From an uncultured virus (IMG/VR IMGVR_UViG_2821904334_000002) (lineage: Duplodnaviria > Heunggongvirae > Uroviricota > Caudoviricetes), in IMG/VR virus record IMGVR_UViG_2821904334_000002: a stretch of 63,470 nt of DNA; one strand, given 5' to 3'. Positions 38,777 through 48,214 of this stretch are shown here, one piece after another. Position 1 is the first letter of the stretch. Each line of letters starts with the position of its first letter. The notes beneath the pieces were generated by a model. That model saw nothing but the letters and a program-made list of their open reading frames with translations, ran no database searches and was not told the origin of the DNA. Made by a program: the position numbers and the translations under genes.

Positions 38777-39937
38777 ATGGCATTTAAACTATCAAAAGAA
38801 GAATTGAAGAAGCTATATGTAGAAGACGGGTTAAATGATAGGCAAATTGCAGAGTTAAAGGGTGTAAATACATCTACAATCAGACGGTTAAGAGTAAAGT
38901 ACGAAATTGAAACAAGGGGTAGACATGCAGTAGACCCGAAGCAAGTATTAACTAAAACAGAATTAGAAAGATTGTATATAGAAGAATGTTTATCAGATAA
39001 AACAATCGGAAAACAAGTAGGTTTAAGTCATTCAACTGTACATCGGTTACGAGTGAAATACGGTATCGAAAGAAGACCTGTAAAAAGAGCCTTTACAGAA
39101 GAAGAGTTAAAACAGCTATACATCAAAGAAGGTAAGACGGATGAGCAGATAGCAAAGTTAAGGGGTATTACGGCAGGAGCAGTAACGCATTTACGGAAGG
39201 TCTATGAGATTGAAGCAATAGAGAGGGCTATCATACCGAAAGAAGTACTACTAGACTTATATGTAAAACAGAAAATGACGGATAAAGAAATAGCGGAACG
39301 ATATAATTGTGCAGAAAAGACGGTTTGTAGTTTAAGAAAAAGATTTGGTATACAAGCAAACAGAAAAAGATGTTCCTTATCGAAAGAGCAAGTATATAAC
39401 TTATATGTAGAAAAAGGTTTAAGTGATAATCAAATTGCAAACTTATATGGTACATATTCCGCTACCATTTCCAGTTTGAGAGAGCGTTATGGTATTCAAA
39501 CAAGGGAAGTCATAACAGACTATTCATTACCTTATGTATACAATATCTTAGTCCAACTAGGATTCCAAGTAGAAAACATGAGACAGCATACACATATGTT
39601 ATTTTATGATTTCTTACTAAACGGTAGAATTCGTATAGATGTAAGAACATCTACTACTTTCTACAATAACAGTATAAACTTCAAATTATTAGATAAGGAT
39701 AATTCAGGCTACACGGAATCAGATGTAAGACTAAGAGTAGATAGTGGAAGAACAAAGAGAAATATACGAAATACGTGTGATTACGTGATTTGTGTGGGGT
39801 ATATAAAAGGAAAACCTCATTGTTGGGTGATACCTTCTAGAGATTTAAAGGAAAACTTACAAGGTATTACAATTAGACCGTATTCAAACAGAAGTAAATA
39901 TAATTTCTATGCAGAAGCTTGGCAACTAATTAAATAA
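38777..39937 (+). CDS. 5 HTH repeats + PD-(D/E)XK-like domain
   Basis: GGAGG SD; five repeats; YDFLLN..IRIDVR; CDYVICVGY...HCWVIPS. Confidence 0.75.
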   Translation: MAFKLSKEELKKLYVEDGLNDRQIAELKGVNTSTIRRLRVKYEIETRGRHAVDPKQVLTKTELERLYIEECLSDKTIGKQVGLSHSTVHRLRVKYGIERRPVKRAFTEEELKQLYIKEGKTDEQIAKLRGITAGAVTHLRKVYEIEAIERAIIPKEVLLDLYVKQKMTDKEIAERYNCAEKTVCSLRKRFGIQANRKRCSLSKEQVYNLYVEKGLSDNQIANLYGTYSATISSLRERYGIQTREVITDYSLPYVYNILVQLGFQVENMRQHTHMLFYDFLLNGRIRIDVRTSTTFYNNSINFKLLDKDNSGYTESDVRLRVDSGRTKRNIRNTCDYVICVGYIKGKPHCWVIPSRDLKENLQGITIRPYSNRSKYNFYAEAWQLIK

Positions 39938-39969
39938 GAAACATTATCTTAAACGAGGTGGTAATCGTT

Positions 39970-40323
39970 ATGTCAGATAAGATGAGTAAGGAAGACTTAA
40001 TAAGAAAGATTCAGCAAAGCCCAAGCGGTAAAGTTTGGAATGAAGATGAAATCAAGCAGTTATTAATGACAAACCCAAAAGCAGTATATAATGGGATTCT
40101 TGCGATTTATAAGCTACAAACGGAAGAAGAGAAGAAAAGTCGTGAGACTCAAGTACAAAACGGTATAGGTTTCAATGCAAACGATAGTGTGATTATGTCT
40201 AGCTTTGCAGAACAGATATTACAAGGTAAGATATTATCACAAAGGCAATTTAGAGTTGCATCAAAACGTATACTCAAATACGTAAATCAATTAACGGATA
40301 TAGCAAACGAGGATTACTATTAA
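39970..40323 (+). CDS. Conserved phage-type hypothetical protein
   Basis: IY..QT.EE...T...NGIGFN..D...SSFAEQ.....LS..Q motif recalled from phage proteins. Confidence 0.6.
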   Translation: MSDKMSKEDLIRKIQQSPSGKVWNEDEIKQLLMTNPKAVYNGILAIYKLQTEEEKKSRETQVQNGIGFNANDSVIMSSFAEQILQGKILSQRQFRVASKRILKYVNQLTDIANEDYY

Positions 40324-40350
40324 GAGTGTTTCACGAAAAGAGGGGTAGTC

Positions 40351-41124
40351 TTGTCTGTGTTAACAGAGGTTGAACTAAGAGAACTGTATGAAATACAAGG
40401 TAAGACAGATAAAGAGATAGCTGAGTCATTAGGTATAAACAGATTAAGAATAACAAGATTAAGAAAGAAATACGGAATAGAGACGAGGTATTCTAATTAT
40501 AAAGGGCGACAACCAAATAAAGAAAAGGATGAGAAACGAAATAGAGAAAAGGATAAGAAACTGGAGAAAGAAATAAGAGATTTGTATGAGGTGCAATGTA
40601 AAACAGATAAAGAAATCGGTAAATTAAAAGGTATGAATAGAGAAAGCGTATCTAGATTACGAAAGCGATTAGGAATCCAAACAAGACCTAAACTTAATGA
40701 GAAAGCAGTACAAGATGTAATAACTAAGTTAAAAACGTTAGGTTATACAGTAGAGAATGTAAAAGAAGTTAATAAGACGGAAACTTATGATTTACTACTA
40801 AATAATCGAATTAAAGTAGATGTTCATTCTTCCTCGTTTGTGGAGAAAAGTAGTATGTATTTTCGATTAGACGAAAAAGAAGAAACAGGTGTAATCGAGT
40901 CAGCTACAAGAATTAGACTCAAAAATGGCAAGTATAGAAAATTATTCAGAAAGACTTGTGATTACATTATATTTATAGGGTATGAGGGTACAAATATTAA
41001 TTTTTGGATTATGGACTCTTCTGATTTACCTGATGAACTTCAAACGATTCGACTTGTTAACGATAAAGCAACAGATAGTAAGTATTCAATCTACAGAGAC
41101 GCATGGAATAAACTAGTAAAGTAA
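40351..41124 (+). CDS. 2 HTH repeats + PD-(D/E)XK-like domain
   Basis: YDLLLNNRIKVDVH; TCDYIIFIGY; closest to 35787-36368. Confidence 0.7.
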   Translation: MSVLTEVELRELYEIQGKTDKEIAESLGINRLRITRLRKKYGIETRYSNYKGRQPNKEKDEKRNREKDKKLEKEIRDLYEVQCKTDKEIGKLKGMNRESVSRLRKRLGIQTRPKLNEKAVQDVITKLKTLGYTVENVKEVNKTETYDLLLNNRIKVDVHSSSFVEKSSMYFRLDEKEETGVIESATRIRLKNGKYRKLFRKTCDYIIFIGYEGTNINFWIMDSSDLPDELQTIRLVNDKATDSKYSIYRDAWNKLVK

Positions 41125-41135
41125 GAGGAATTAAA

Positions 41136-41465
41136 ATGAAACTATGTAATGTAGAGGGTTGTAATAGTAAACATCGAGCAAAAGGTTATTGTCCAAGACA
41201 TTATAGACAAGCTAGAGCAGGGAAAGAGATTACATTGGAGTATATCAATCAAACTGGTAGGATTTGTAGTCTAGATGGATGTAACCGAAAGCATAGAGCA
41301 AAAGGGTTGTGTAAATTACATTATGACAATGCGAGATATATAGTAAGACCCTCTAAACCTGTAAGACTATGTACAGTAGTAGGTTGTACAAGTAAACATC
41401 AAGCAAAAGGAATGTGTTTAAATCATTACAATCAGAAGCGATATAAAGAATTAAAGACGAAGTAA
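41136..41465 (+). CDS. Cys3His finger protein, 3 fingers
   Basis: Three repeats. Confidence 0.8.
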   Translation: MKLCNVEGCNSKHRAKGYCPRHYRQARAGKEITLEYINQTGRICSLDGCNRKHRAKGLCKLHYDNARYIVRPSKPVRLCTVVGCTSKHQAKGMCLNHYNQKRYKELKTK

Positions 41466-41484
41466 GAAAGAAAGGTGTAAGGGG

Positions 41485-41940
41485 TTGGAGACTAGAACTT
41501 GTAGTATAGAAAGGTGTAACGAAAAGCATCAAGCAAAAGGTTATTGTAAACGACACTATCAACAAATTAATACAGGTAGGGAAATAACTCTTAAAGGGGC
41601 AGATAAAACTTGTACAGTTGAAGGTTGTAACAAGAAAACAAAAGCAAAAGGGTTGTGTCCAACTCATTATCAAAGAATGAAATTAACTGGTTCAACGGAA
41701 AAGAAGATTATAGAACAACGTATTTGTAAAGTTGAAACTTGTAATGAGAAGCATTTAGGTAAGAGGTACTGTAGAAGACATTATCATCAATTTAAAACTA
41801 AAGGTAAAGTAACGATTGAAGGTAGATTATCAGATAGAACTTGTAGTGTAGAAGCTTGTAACAATAAGTATCATACAAAAGGAATGTGCCAAAAACATTA
41901 CACTAGATGGTATAGAAACGAGAAAAAGAAAGACAAATAA
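41485..41940 (+). CDS. Cys3His finger protein, 4 fingers
   Basis: Four repeats. Confidence 0.8.
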   Translation: METRTCSIERCNEKHQAKGYCKRHYQQINTGREITLKGADKTCTVEGCNKKTKAKGLCPTHYQRMKLTGSTEKKIIEQRICKVETCNEKHLGKRYCRRHYHQFKTKGKVTIEGRLSDRTCSVEACNNKYHTKGMCQKHYTRWYRNEKKKDK

Positions 41941-41952
41941 GGAGGAAGAAAC

Positions 41953-42246
41953 ATGTTTGTAAGTGAAAGAGGTATAGCTTTAATTACACAAACGAATGAA
42001 GCAAGAATGTTAACGGCTGAGGATTACGAGAAGTGGTACAATCTATACATCATTGAAACAGATGGTACAGTTAAAGGGGTAGAAGATGATAACGAGATTT
42101 TATTTGAGGGTTGGTATGACCATTGCGTTCGACCTGATATTTTTAAGAAACTGGCTGAATCGCTAAATGCTTCATACGATGAAAAGACTTGGAAAGCAGT
42201 CATAGATATGTATGAAGAAATGACAGACTCCAAGTGGGAAGAGTAA
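41953..42246 (+). CDS. Small acidic hypothetical protein
   Basis: GGAGG SD; D/E-rich. Confidence 0.7.
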   Translation: MFVSERGIALITQTNEARMLTAEDYEKWYNLYIIETDGTVKGVEDDNEILFEGWYDHCVRPDIFKKLAESLNASYDEKTWKAVIDMYEEMTDSKWEE

Positions 42247-42274
42247 GATTTACTACTCTTCCTTTTGCATATAC

Positions 42275-42303
42275 TTGACAAATAGTTAAACTTATGGTAT
42301 AAT
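42275..42303 (+). promoter_or_regulatory. sigma-A promoter
   Basis: TTGACA-17-TATAAT, spacer ending AAACTTATGG. Confidence 0.85.
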
Positions 42304-42350
42304 ATAGGTAGAGGAAATACGAGAAATAGCTAGTTGAAAGGGTGAACTAA

Positions 42351-44174
42351 GTGGCAATTAAACCAGATGTATTAGAAGCAATTAATTACTATACAGAGGT
42401 AACTGGTGAGTCGGTATCGCAGTTCTTAGAAGGTATTGATTCATTACTTACAGTAAACGAAGAAGAGTTAACAAATAATGATTGGTTACGTAAACAAATA
42501 GCGAAGCTAATCAAGAATAAAGGGGTATCTCTAGACGAGATTATCAAGAACAAAGATTTATTAATGGCAAAGGATACAAAAGAGGAAGACGGAAGTTTTT
42601 ACACGCCTTTAGAGTGGGCGGCTGAGACTCATAGAATGATAGAAAGATATATTCCGAATTTAGAAGATTATGTTGTATGGGATGCAAGTTGTGGTTCAGG
42701 AAACCTACTAGCTGAGTTACCACCATGTAAAGAGTTATATGTTTCCACATTACATCAAGAAGACGCTGAAATCGTACAGCAACGTTTACCACATGCTCAT
42801 GCATTCCAGTTAGACTTCTTAACAGGAATTGACTACAACGAGTGGGTAACGGAATTTACAGACATTCTACCTGAGGGATTACAACGAGCGTTAAGAAATA
42901 ATGAACCGATACTTTTCTTAATGAACCCACCATATAGTATTACCAACGCTCATAAAACACAAGTTGCAAAACATTTAAAAGCGATTGGTAAAGAGGAACT
43001 TGCTTCTGATTTACTAAGACAGTTCGTATGGCGTGTATATAACTTAGTAGATATTCATGGACTCTCCAATTCATACTTCACATTAATTGGTACAAACAGT
43101 CTTTACATCATGAATTCATGGGAGAGTACAGTAAGAGAAATGCAAGAACATGCAGACTACTTAGAAGGATTTACATTCCCTGCCAGTGAGTTTGCAGGTA
43201 TTGAGAAATCAGTTCAGTGGGGTATCTTCTCTACGATTTGGAAGACAACTGAGTTGCGTACTGTAGAAACTTTACCTAACATTCAAATGACGGCAAAGAA
43301 GAAGGATGAAAACGGAGTTATTTATGATGATGGGGTATTGGATTTTGTATGGGACAAACAATACATGCCAAACTGGATTCAAAGTAAAATAACGAAAGGG
43401 AATCGTATTACAGTTCCAGTTACTTCTGTTAGGGGTGTTCCAAAGGTAGACGCTAATGGAGAAGTATCTACGGTAACAGGGTTAGACAATGCACTTGGTT
43501 ACTTCTTAGTAAAAAGTACATTCAAAGACATTGCTAACTTCAATGGTATTGGTACATTACCGATTACACTTGGTACTGTTCCTGTAACAGAAGAGAATTT
43601 CAAAGACGTATGTGGTTGTTTCGCATTCTTATCTACATACAAGAATGATTTCAATGATTTAGCAAGACCTTTTAACGAACCACATACAGGTTCAGATGAG
43701 TATCGTGAGTGGATAGCAAACAGTATCTTATTCTCTATATGTGCAAGAAAAGGGTATATGTTCTCTGTTCGAAACATTGAGTTTAATAGAGAAATCAATA
43801 GTGTAAACTCTACTATCTTCCCATTCTCACATGAACAGGTAAGAGAGTACTGTCAAGATGAGAAGGTACTAAAAGACTTAGAAGAAAACCTAGTAGATAA
43901 TTCTTACTTCCTAAACTTAATAGAAGAATCTATGCCTTATGCTTGGGAAGGGGTATTGAACCTTTACAATGCAGTAACGAACTTCATTAAGCAGTCTTAT
44001 AATTACAGACATACAATGGATTACGAAGGAAGTACAGTAGCTTGGAACGCTGGATTCCATCAGTTGAAACAAACAGCTATTTGGACAGACGAAATGGAAG
44101 AAGCATATGTACAAGCCTTATCAATCGCACGAGACGAGTTTAGAGAAAGAGTAAAAACTCATTACATCGTCTAA
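42351..44174 (+). CDS. N6-adenine DNA methyltransferase (gamma-class motif order) with a large C-terminal putative target-recognition region
   Basis: GSFYTP (motif X), VWDASCGSGNLL (motif I), LDFL, MNPPY (motif IV). Confidence 0.85.
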   Translation: MAIKPDVLEAINYYTEVTGESVSQFLEGIDSLLTVNEEELTNNDWLRKQIAKLIKNKGVSLDEIIKNKDLLMAKDTKEEDGSFYTPLEWAAETHRMIERYIPNLEDYVVWDASCGSGNLLAELPPCKELYVSTLHQEDAEIVQQRLPHAHAFQLDFLTGIDYNEWVTEFTDILPEGLQRALRNNEPILFLMNPPYSITNAHKTQVAKHLKAIGKEELASDLLRQFVWRVYNLVDIHGLSNSYFTLIGTNSLYIMNSWESTVREMQEHADYLEGFTFPASEFAGIEKSVQWGIFSTIWKTTELRTVETLPNIQMTAKKKDENGVIYDDGVLDFVWDKQYMPNWIQSKITKGNRITVPVTSVRGVPKVDANGEVSTVTGLDNALGYFLVKSTFKDIANFNGIGTLPITLGTVPVTEENFKDVCGCFAFLSTYKNDFNDLARPFNEPHTGSDEYREWIANSILFSICARKGYMFSVRNIEFNREINSVNSTIFPFSHEQVREYCQDEKVLKDLEENLVDNSYFLNLIEESMPYAWEGVLNLYNAVTNFIKQSYNYRHTMDYEGSTVAWNAGFHQLKQTAIWTDEMEEAYVQALSIARDEFRERVKTHYIV

Positions 44175-44191
44175 GTAAGGGGTAGACAGCT

Positions 44192-44377
44192 ATGTATTAT
44201 GGTTATAAGTGTGAAACAGGTTGCGGTCACATAACACTTACAGATAAGTATTACAAAACGAAACTTACTCATTGTGCAGTATGTGGAGAAAAGAAAACCT
44301 TAGTATACATCGGAGAGTTTGAAGCAAAAGCAGTAACTTCAAACTCTCTAGTTAGTAGAAACAGAAGTAGAAAGTAG
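44192..44377 (+). CDS. Small zinc-ribbon protein
   Basis: YKCETGCG...CAVCG. Confidence 0.6.
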   Translation: MYYGYKCETGCGHITLTDKYYKTKLTHCAVCGEKKTLVYIGEFEAKAVTSNSLVSRNRSRK

Positions 44378-44386
44378 GTACGAGTT

Positions 44387-45583
44387 ATGGGGTTAGATTT
44401 ATTGTTTGACAGACAAAGTATGATGAAGGTTGTCTTGTTGTATACACCTTCTAACTCTTTATCTATGTACGTTCAAGACGTGATTAAGAATAGGTTTCAG
44501 ATTAATAAAGATAGTGTTAAAGATATTGGGACGAAGAAGGAATTACAAGAAACAAAGGAGTTATACAATGTAGTTCCTTTCTTATCCCAAAAGTGGCTAT
44601 TTCACGTAAAGAACGGAGATAAAGCAGTTAAGAAAGACTTTTTAAGGTTAGCTAGAGGAAATACAAGTGGCGTTTATTTTATTGAGTTTGAAAACTACAG
44701 AAACTATAAATTCGTAAAAGATTTACTAAGAAATGAGCCTGGTACATTAGACTTATATATGGGTTGGTTAAAACGTGCTGACTTTGAACTGTTATATCGT
44801 CATTTGGTGGTCGGTTTCAAGGGGTATGAGTTAACAAAAACATTACAAGACTTTGTAGTTCGTGGGTATGCGAATGAGATTGAAGCCGTGTTTAAGTTAT
44901 TCGTAGAGTTACGTGATGGTAGAGAAGTTAAAACACGTAAAGAAATCATAGACATATGTGGGATTAACTCAAATACCGTAGATAACTTTATGTTTAGTTT
45001 ATTAAAAGAACCACCAGTGAAAGATAAAGGGTTAAAGAGGTACATGTCAAACCGTATTAAGGAAGCGGTAGATTTAGCTGAAAAGTATACATGGTCTACC
45101 TTTAGAAACTATTTAAAGCGTTCAGTACGAGCGTGTATAGATGTAAAACTGATATTAAGTAGTGGAGAGATATATGATAACATTCGGAACTATGAGAACG
45201 AAGGTTATGATATGAAGAAGTTAAGAAGGTTGCAACGTTATCTTCCACAATTAAAAGAAATTAGTATGGCAAGACTATTAGGGTTGTTAGACAATATAGA
45301 AAAAAGTGTATGGTACACTGATTTGGAATTTCTAAACTTCTTCTTTAATTACATGTTATATAAATATAACTCGAATAAGGGAGTAAAGAAACTGATATTA
45401 GAAGCTAGAGCATTAGTGAAACAAAAGGAGAATGAAGCTAAATCAAAACCAAAAGAAAAGAGAGTCATCATGCAAACACATTCACCTGACAAGGAAGATA
45501 ATGTGAAACCTATGACAAGGAAAGATGAAAATGATAGGGTGCAAGTGAGAGACTTCTTTAGGAGGAAATTAAGTAATGAATGA
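44387..45583 (+). CDS. Possible clamp-loader delta (HolA-like) subunit
   Basis: Size and pattern (PFLSQKWLF, helical lid/collar, no Walker A) resemble delta subunits; weak. Confidence 0.4.
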   Translation: MGLDLLFDRQSMMKVVLLYTPSNSLSMYVQDVIKNRFQINKDSVKDIGTKKELQETKELYNVVPFLSQKWLFHVKNGDKAVKKDFLRLARGNTSGVYFIEFENYRNYKFVKDLLRNEPGTLDLYMGWLKRADFELLYRHLVVGFKGYELTKTLQDFVVRGYANEIEAVFKLFVELRDGREVKTRKEIIDICGINSNTVDNFMFSLLKEPPVKDKGLKRYMSNRIKEAVDLAEKYTWSTFRNYLKRSVRACIDVKLILSSGEIYDNIRNYENEGYDMKKLRRLQRYLPQLKEISMARLLGLLDNIEKSVWYTDLEFLNFFFNYMLYKYNSNKGVKKLILEARALVKQKENEAKSKPKEKRVIMQTHSPDKEDNVKPMTRKDENDRVQVRDFFRRKLSNE

Positions 45584-45959
45584 TTCATATGTTAAGTTTT
45601 TAAACCGATTACAAGAAGAAACAGGTATCAAGAAAGTAGGAGAACTACTAGATAGTATGTCACCTTTACAAGAGAAGGTCTTTATGATTATTAGGGGTAT
45701 GGGAGACGTGGAATTCCACGTCCAACCTGAATTAAAACCCGTTGTAACTTCCTGTATGGCTAATTTAAGTAATGTTTATGATATGATTGAACCGGATGGA
45801 AGTATCAATAAAAACCTACGATTTGTATTAAACGGTATGAAGAATGATTTAACTACGATTCATTATAAAGCAGATAAAGAAACAGTACGAAATAAAGCTT
45901 TTCACTCATTAAATGAATTGAAGTTTTTAGATTTACAATTACAGAAACAAGGTAAATAG
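45576..45959 (+). CDS. Hypothetical protein
   Basis: AGGAGG SD; overlaps the upstream stop. Confidence 0.7.
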   Translation: MNDSYVKFLNRLQEETGIKKVGELLDSMSPLQEKVFMIIRGMGDVEFHVQPELKPVVTSCMANLSNVYDMIEPDGSINKNLRFVLNGMKNDLTTIHYKADKETVRNKAFHSLNELKFLDLQLQKQGK

Positions 45960-45969
45960 GAGGGTAAAC

Positions 45970-46263
45970 ATGAAACTTGATAAGATAGAACGTAAGTTAA
46001 ATGCATTATACATGGATTTGAAGTATGCTCAACTATTTACATCAGAAGATAGCGTAACAGATGAAGTAAATAAAATTATGGAGAACATAAAGGCTATTAT
46101 TGTTAAACCAAAAGAAAAGTTAACAGAATCATCTTTAAAGGAAATTGCACAACAATTAGACTTAGTTTTAAAAGAAGTTTATTATGGTCAAAATGTAGTA
46201 AACCTGTCAGAAGCAAAAGATAGTTTACATGAGATTATTACAAACTTAGAAAAGCTAAATTAA
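45970..46263 (+). CDS. Hypothetical helical protein
   Basis: GGAGG SD. Confidence 0.7.
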   Translation: MKLDKIERKLNALYMDLKYAQLFTSEDSVTDEVNKIMENIKAIIVKPKEKLTESSLKEIAQQLDLVLKEVYYGQNVVNLSEAKDSLHEIITNLEKLN

Positions 46264-46284
46264 GTAGAAAAGGGGTATTTCAGA

Positions 46285-46986
46285 ATGGCGTTTTTATCAA
46301 TCGTAGACGCAGAATCGTTTGATGTGTCAAAATCGTATTTTAATAAGTTAAAGAGCAAAGAGGAAGAATGTTACTTAGTGTTAGAAAACTATAGGAACCA
46401 AGAAGTAAACGAAATGGTTAAAGCAGTGATAGTTAAAGAGGAAGTAACCGAGATGAAACAGGGAATACTGTACATCAAAATGCTTGAACATTCTTCTAGC
46501 GAATTAGAACTAGAGCAATTTTTAGAGGAACATGTCGACCCAGTCGATGTCTACACATATGTAATTAAATTAGAAGAAAATTATGTAGACTTACGAAAAC
46601 TAACTGAAATGGTAGATAAGTATACGGAAAGTAAAGTACGGTTTATTGGTGGAAACTTATTAGCGATTCAAGGTGCAGGGGTAGGAATGTTTGCAGACTC
46701 CTTTATTACAGAAAATAAGCTAAAAGTGAATAAGACGAGTCGATTCGAAGTAACACAAGTAAAATTATTAGAGCCAAGTAAACTTGTAACACATGAAATC
46801 GAAGAGTATACCGCACGTAAGAACAGACCAAAGAAATCAACAGTTAAGCGTGAACGAGCGAAGAAGACGAAGTTAGCTGATGGTACAGAAGTGGTCAAGC
46901 CTAAGAAACCAAAGTCAGTTAAGAGTAAAACACCTAAACCAAAGAAACAAAAGTTAAGTATGGAAGATATTTTAAATTCTTATTAA
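46285..46986 (+). CDS. Hypothetical protein with Lys/Pro-rich basic tail
   Basis: KPKKPKSVKSKTPKPKK tail. Confidence 0.7.
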   Translation: MAFLSIVDAESFDVSKSYFNKLKSKEEECYLVLENYRNQEVNEMVKAVIVKEEVTEMKQGILYIKMLEHSSSELELEQFLEEHVDPVDVYTYVIKLEENYVDLRKLTEMVDKYTESKVRFIGGNLLAIQGAGVGMFADSFITENKLKVNKTSRFEVTQVKLLEPSKLVTHEIEEYTARKNRPKKSTVKRERAKKTKLADGTEVVKPKKPKSVKSKTPKPKKQKLSMEDILNSY

Positions 46987-47034
46987 AACTCATAAAATTT
47001 CAATGCAAACAAAATAATAATCCTACAGAGTAAC

Positions 47035-47063
47035 TTGACAAAATCGTAAACTTATGTTATAAT
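47035..47063 (+). promoter_or_regulatory. sigma-A promoter
   Basis: TTGACA-17-TATAAT, spacer ending AAACTTATGT. Confidence 0.85.
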
Positions 47064-47097
47064 AGTAATATATCAGAGTGAAGGAGGTGCTTTATAT

Positions 47098-47490
47098 TTG
47101 GAGTCTTTGTTATTGATGGTAGCAGTAGGACTGGGTATCTTAATAGCTTGGAAAATAGTAAAGACTGTAATTGTAAGGTGCATTGTCATTGCGATAGCAA
47201 TTGGAATCTTCATAGTGGGGTATGATTATGTTTTACCTGCAAAGTTTAACATGAACCCTTACAAACTTGATAGAGCATATCAATTATCACAAGAAACGAA
47301 AAAGGTCAGAGTAGTAGAAGCAGACGGAGAAAAAGAAGCGCAAGTCTACTTCAATGATAATTGGTATTACATAAAAGATTTAGACATAGAGAAAGATTTT
47401 AAAACAAACAGTTACATGGTAAAAACTAAAGGTGATAAGTTTAAGATAGAAGATAAGGAACTCGTAGCGATTTTAGAAACATTGAAGTAA
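47098..47490 (+). CDS. Membrane protein (2 TM)
   Basis: AAGGAGGTG SD; two hydrophobic helices. Confidence 0.75.
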   Translation: MESLLLMVAVGLGILIAWKIVKTVIVRCIVIAIAIGIFIVGYDYVLPAKFNMNPYKLDRAYQLSQETKKVRVVEADGEKEAQVYFNDNWYYIKDLDIEKDFKTNSYMVKTKGDKFKIEDKELVAILETLK

Positions 47491-47503
47491 GGGAGTTTAA
47501 ACG

Positions 47504-48187
47504 ATGGACATATTAAGAGGACCGTTTGACTTTACAAACAACATAACTTACGAAGACACCGAGATTTTCGTAAATCAGATTCAAAAGTATGAAGAAGGTA
47601 ACATGGACAGTTTAAAGAAACTAGATACTGGAAAAATGATGGATGTTACATTGAATCGTAACACAAAAATTCCAATGATGAACTTACGTTTTTACAATGG
47701 CAGTATTAAACGTAATTCGAAAAATTCGATTGAAGGTAAGTCGAAAAAGAACGAGGTAAACATCACATCTAATATGTCAGAAGACGCAAAAGGTCAAGGT
47801 CAGTCAGCTAAGACAATAGATGAAAACCTGATTATCAAAGAGTCCAAGAACAATGGACCGAGGTATAAACTGGTAAATGATAAGACGATTGATGAGGTAG
47901 AAGAGGTTAAACACTATATTTGGGTATTTAGAGAGTATCAAATTGCATTTGAGAAGTTAGAGTATGTAGACTTATCACATCTGGTTATGCGTTCACTACA
48001 GGGAGTGCAAAACGCAGTTCAAAGTCTACGAAAACTAGTTCGTTATTATGGTGAAAATGGCAGACACGAAGAAAAATTGAAGGCTATCGTATCTCACCAC
48101 GAACCTTTTAATATTGTTATTGAGAAAATTTTAAAAGCAAAAGAAGAAGGTTATGATGTATTTGAAGAAAAGAATGAAGTAGTATAA
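47504..48187 (+). CDS. Hypothetical protein
   Basis: 227-aa ORF with SD. Confidence 0.7.
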   Translation: MDILRGPFDFTNNITYEDTEIFVNQIQKYEEGNMDSLKKLDTGKMMDVTLNRNTKIPMMNLRFYNGSIKRNSKNSIEGKSKKNEVNITSNMSEDAKGQGQSAKTIDENLIIKESKNNGPRYKLVNDKTIDEVEEVKHYIWVFREYQIAFEKLEYVDLSHLVMRSLQGVQNAVQSLRKLVRYYGENGRHEEKLKAIVSHHEPFNIVIEKILKAKEEGYDVFEEKNEVV

Positions 48188-48214
48188 ACGATAGAGTATA
48201 AAGAAGGTGTAAAT

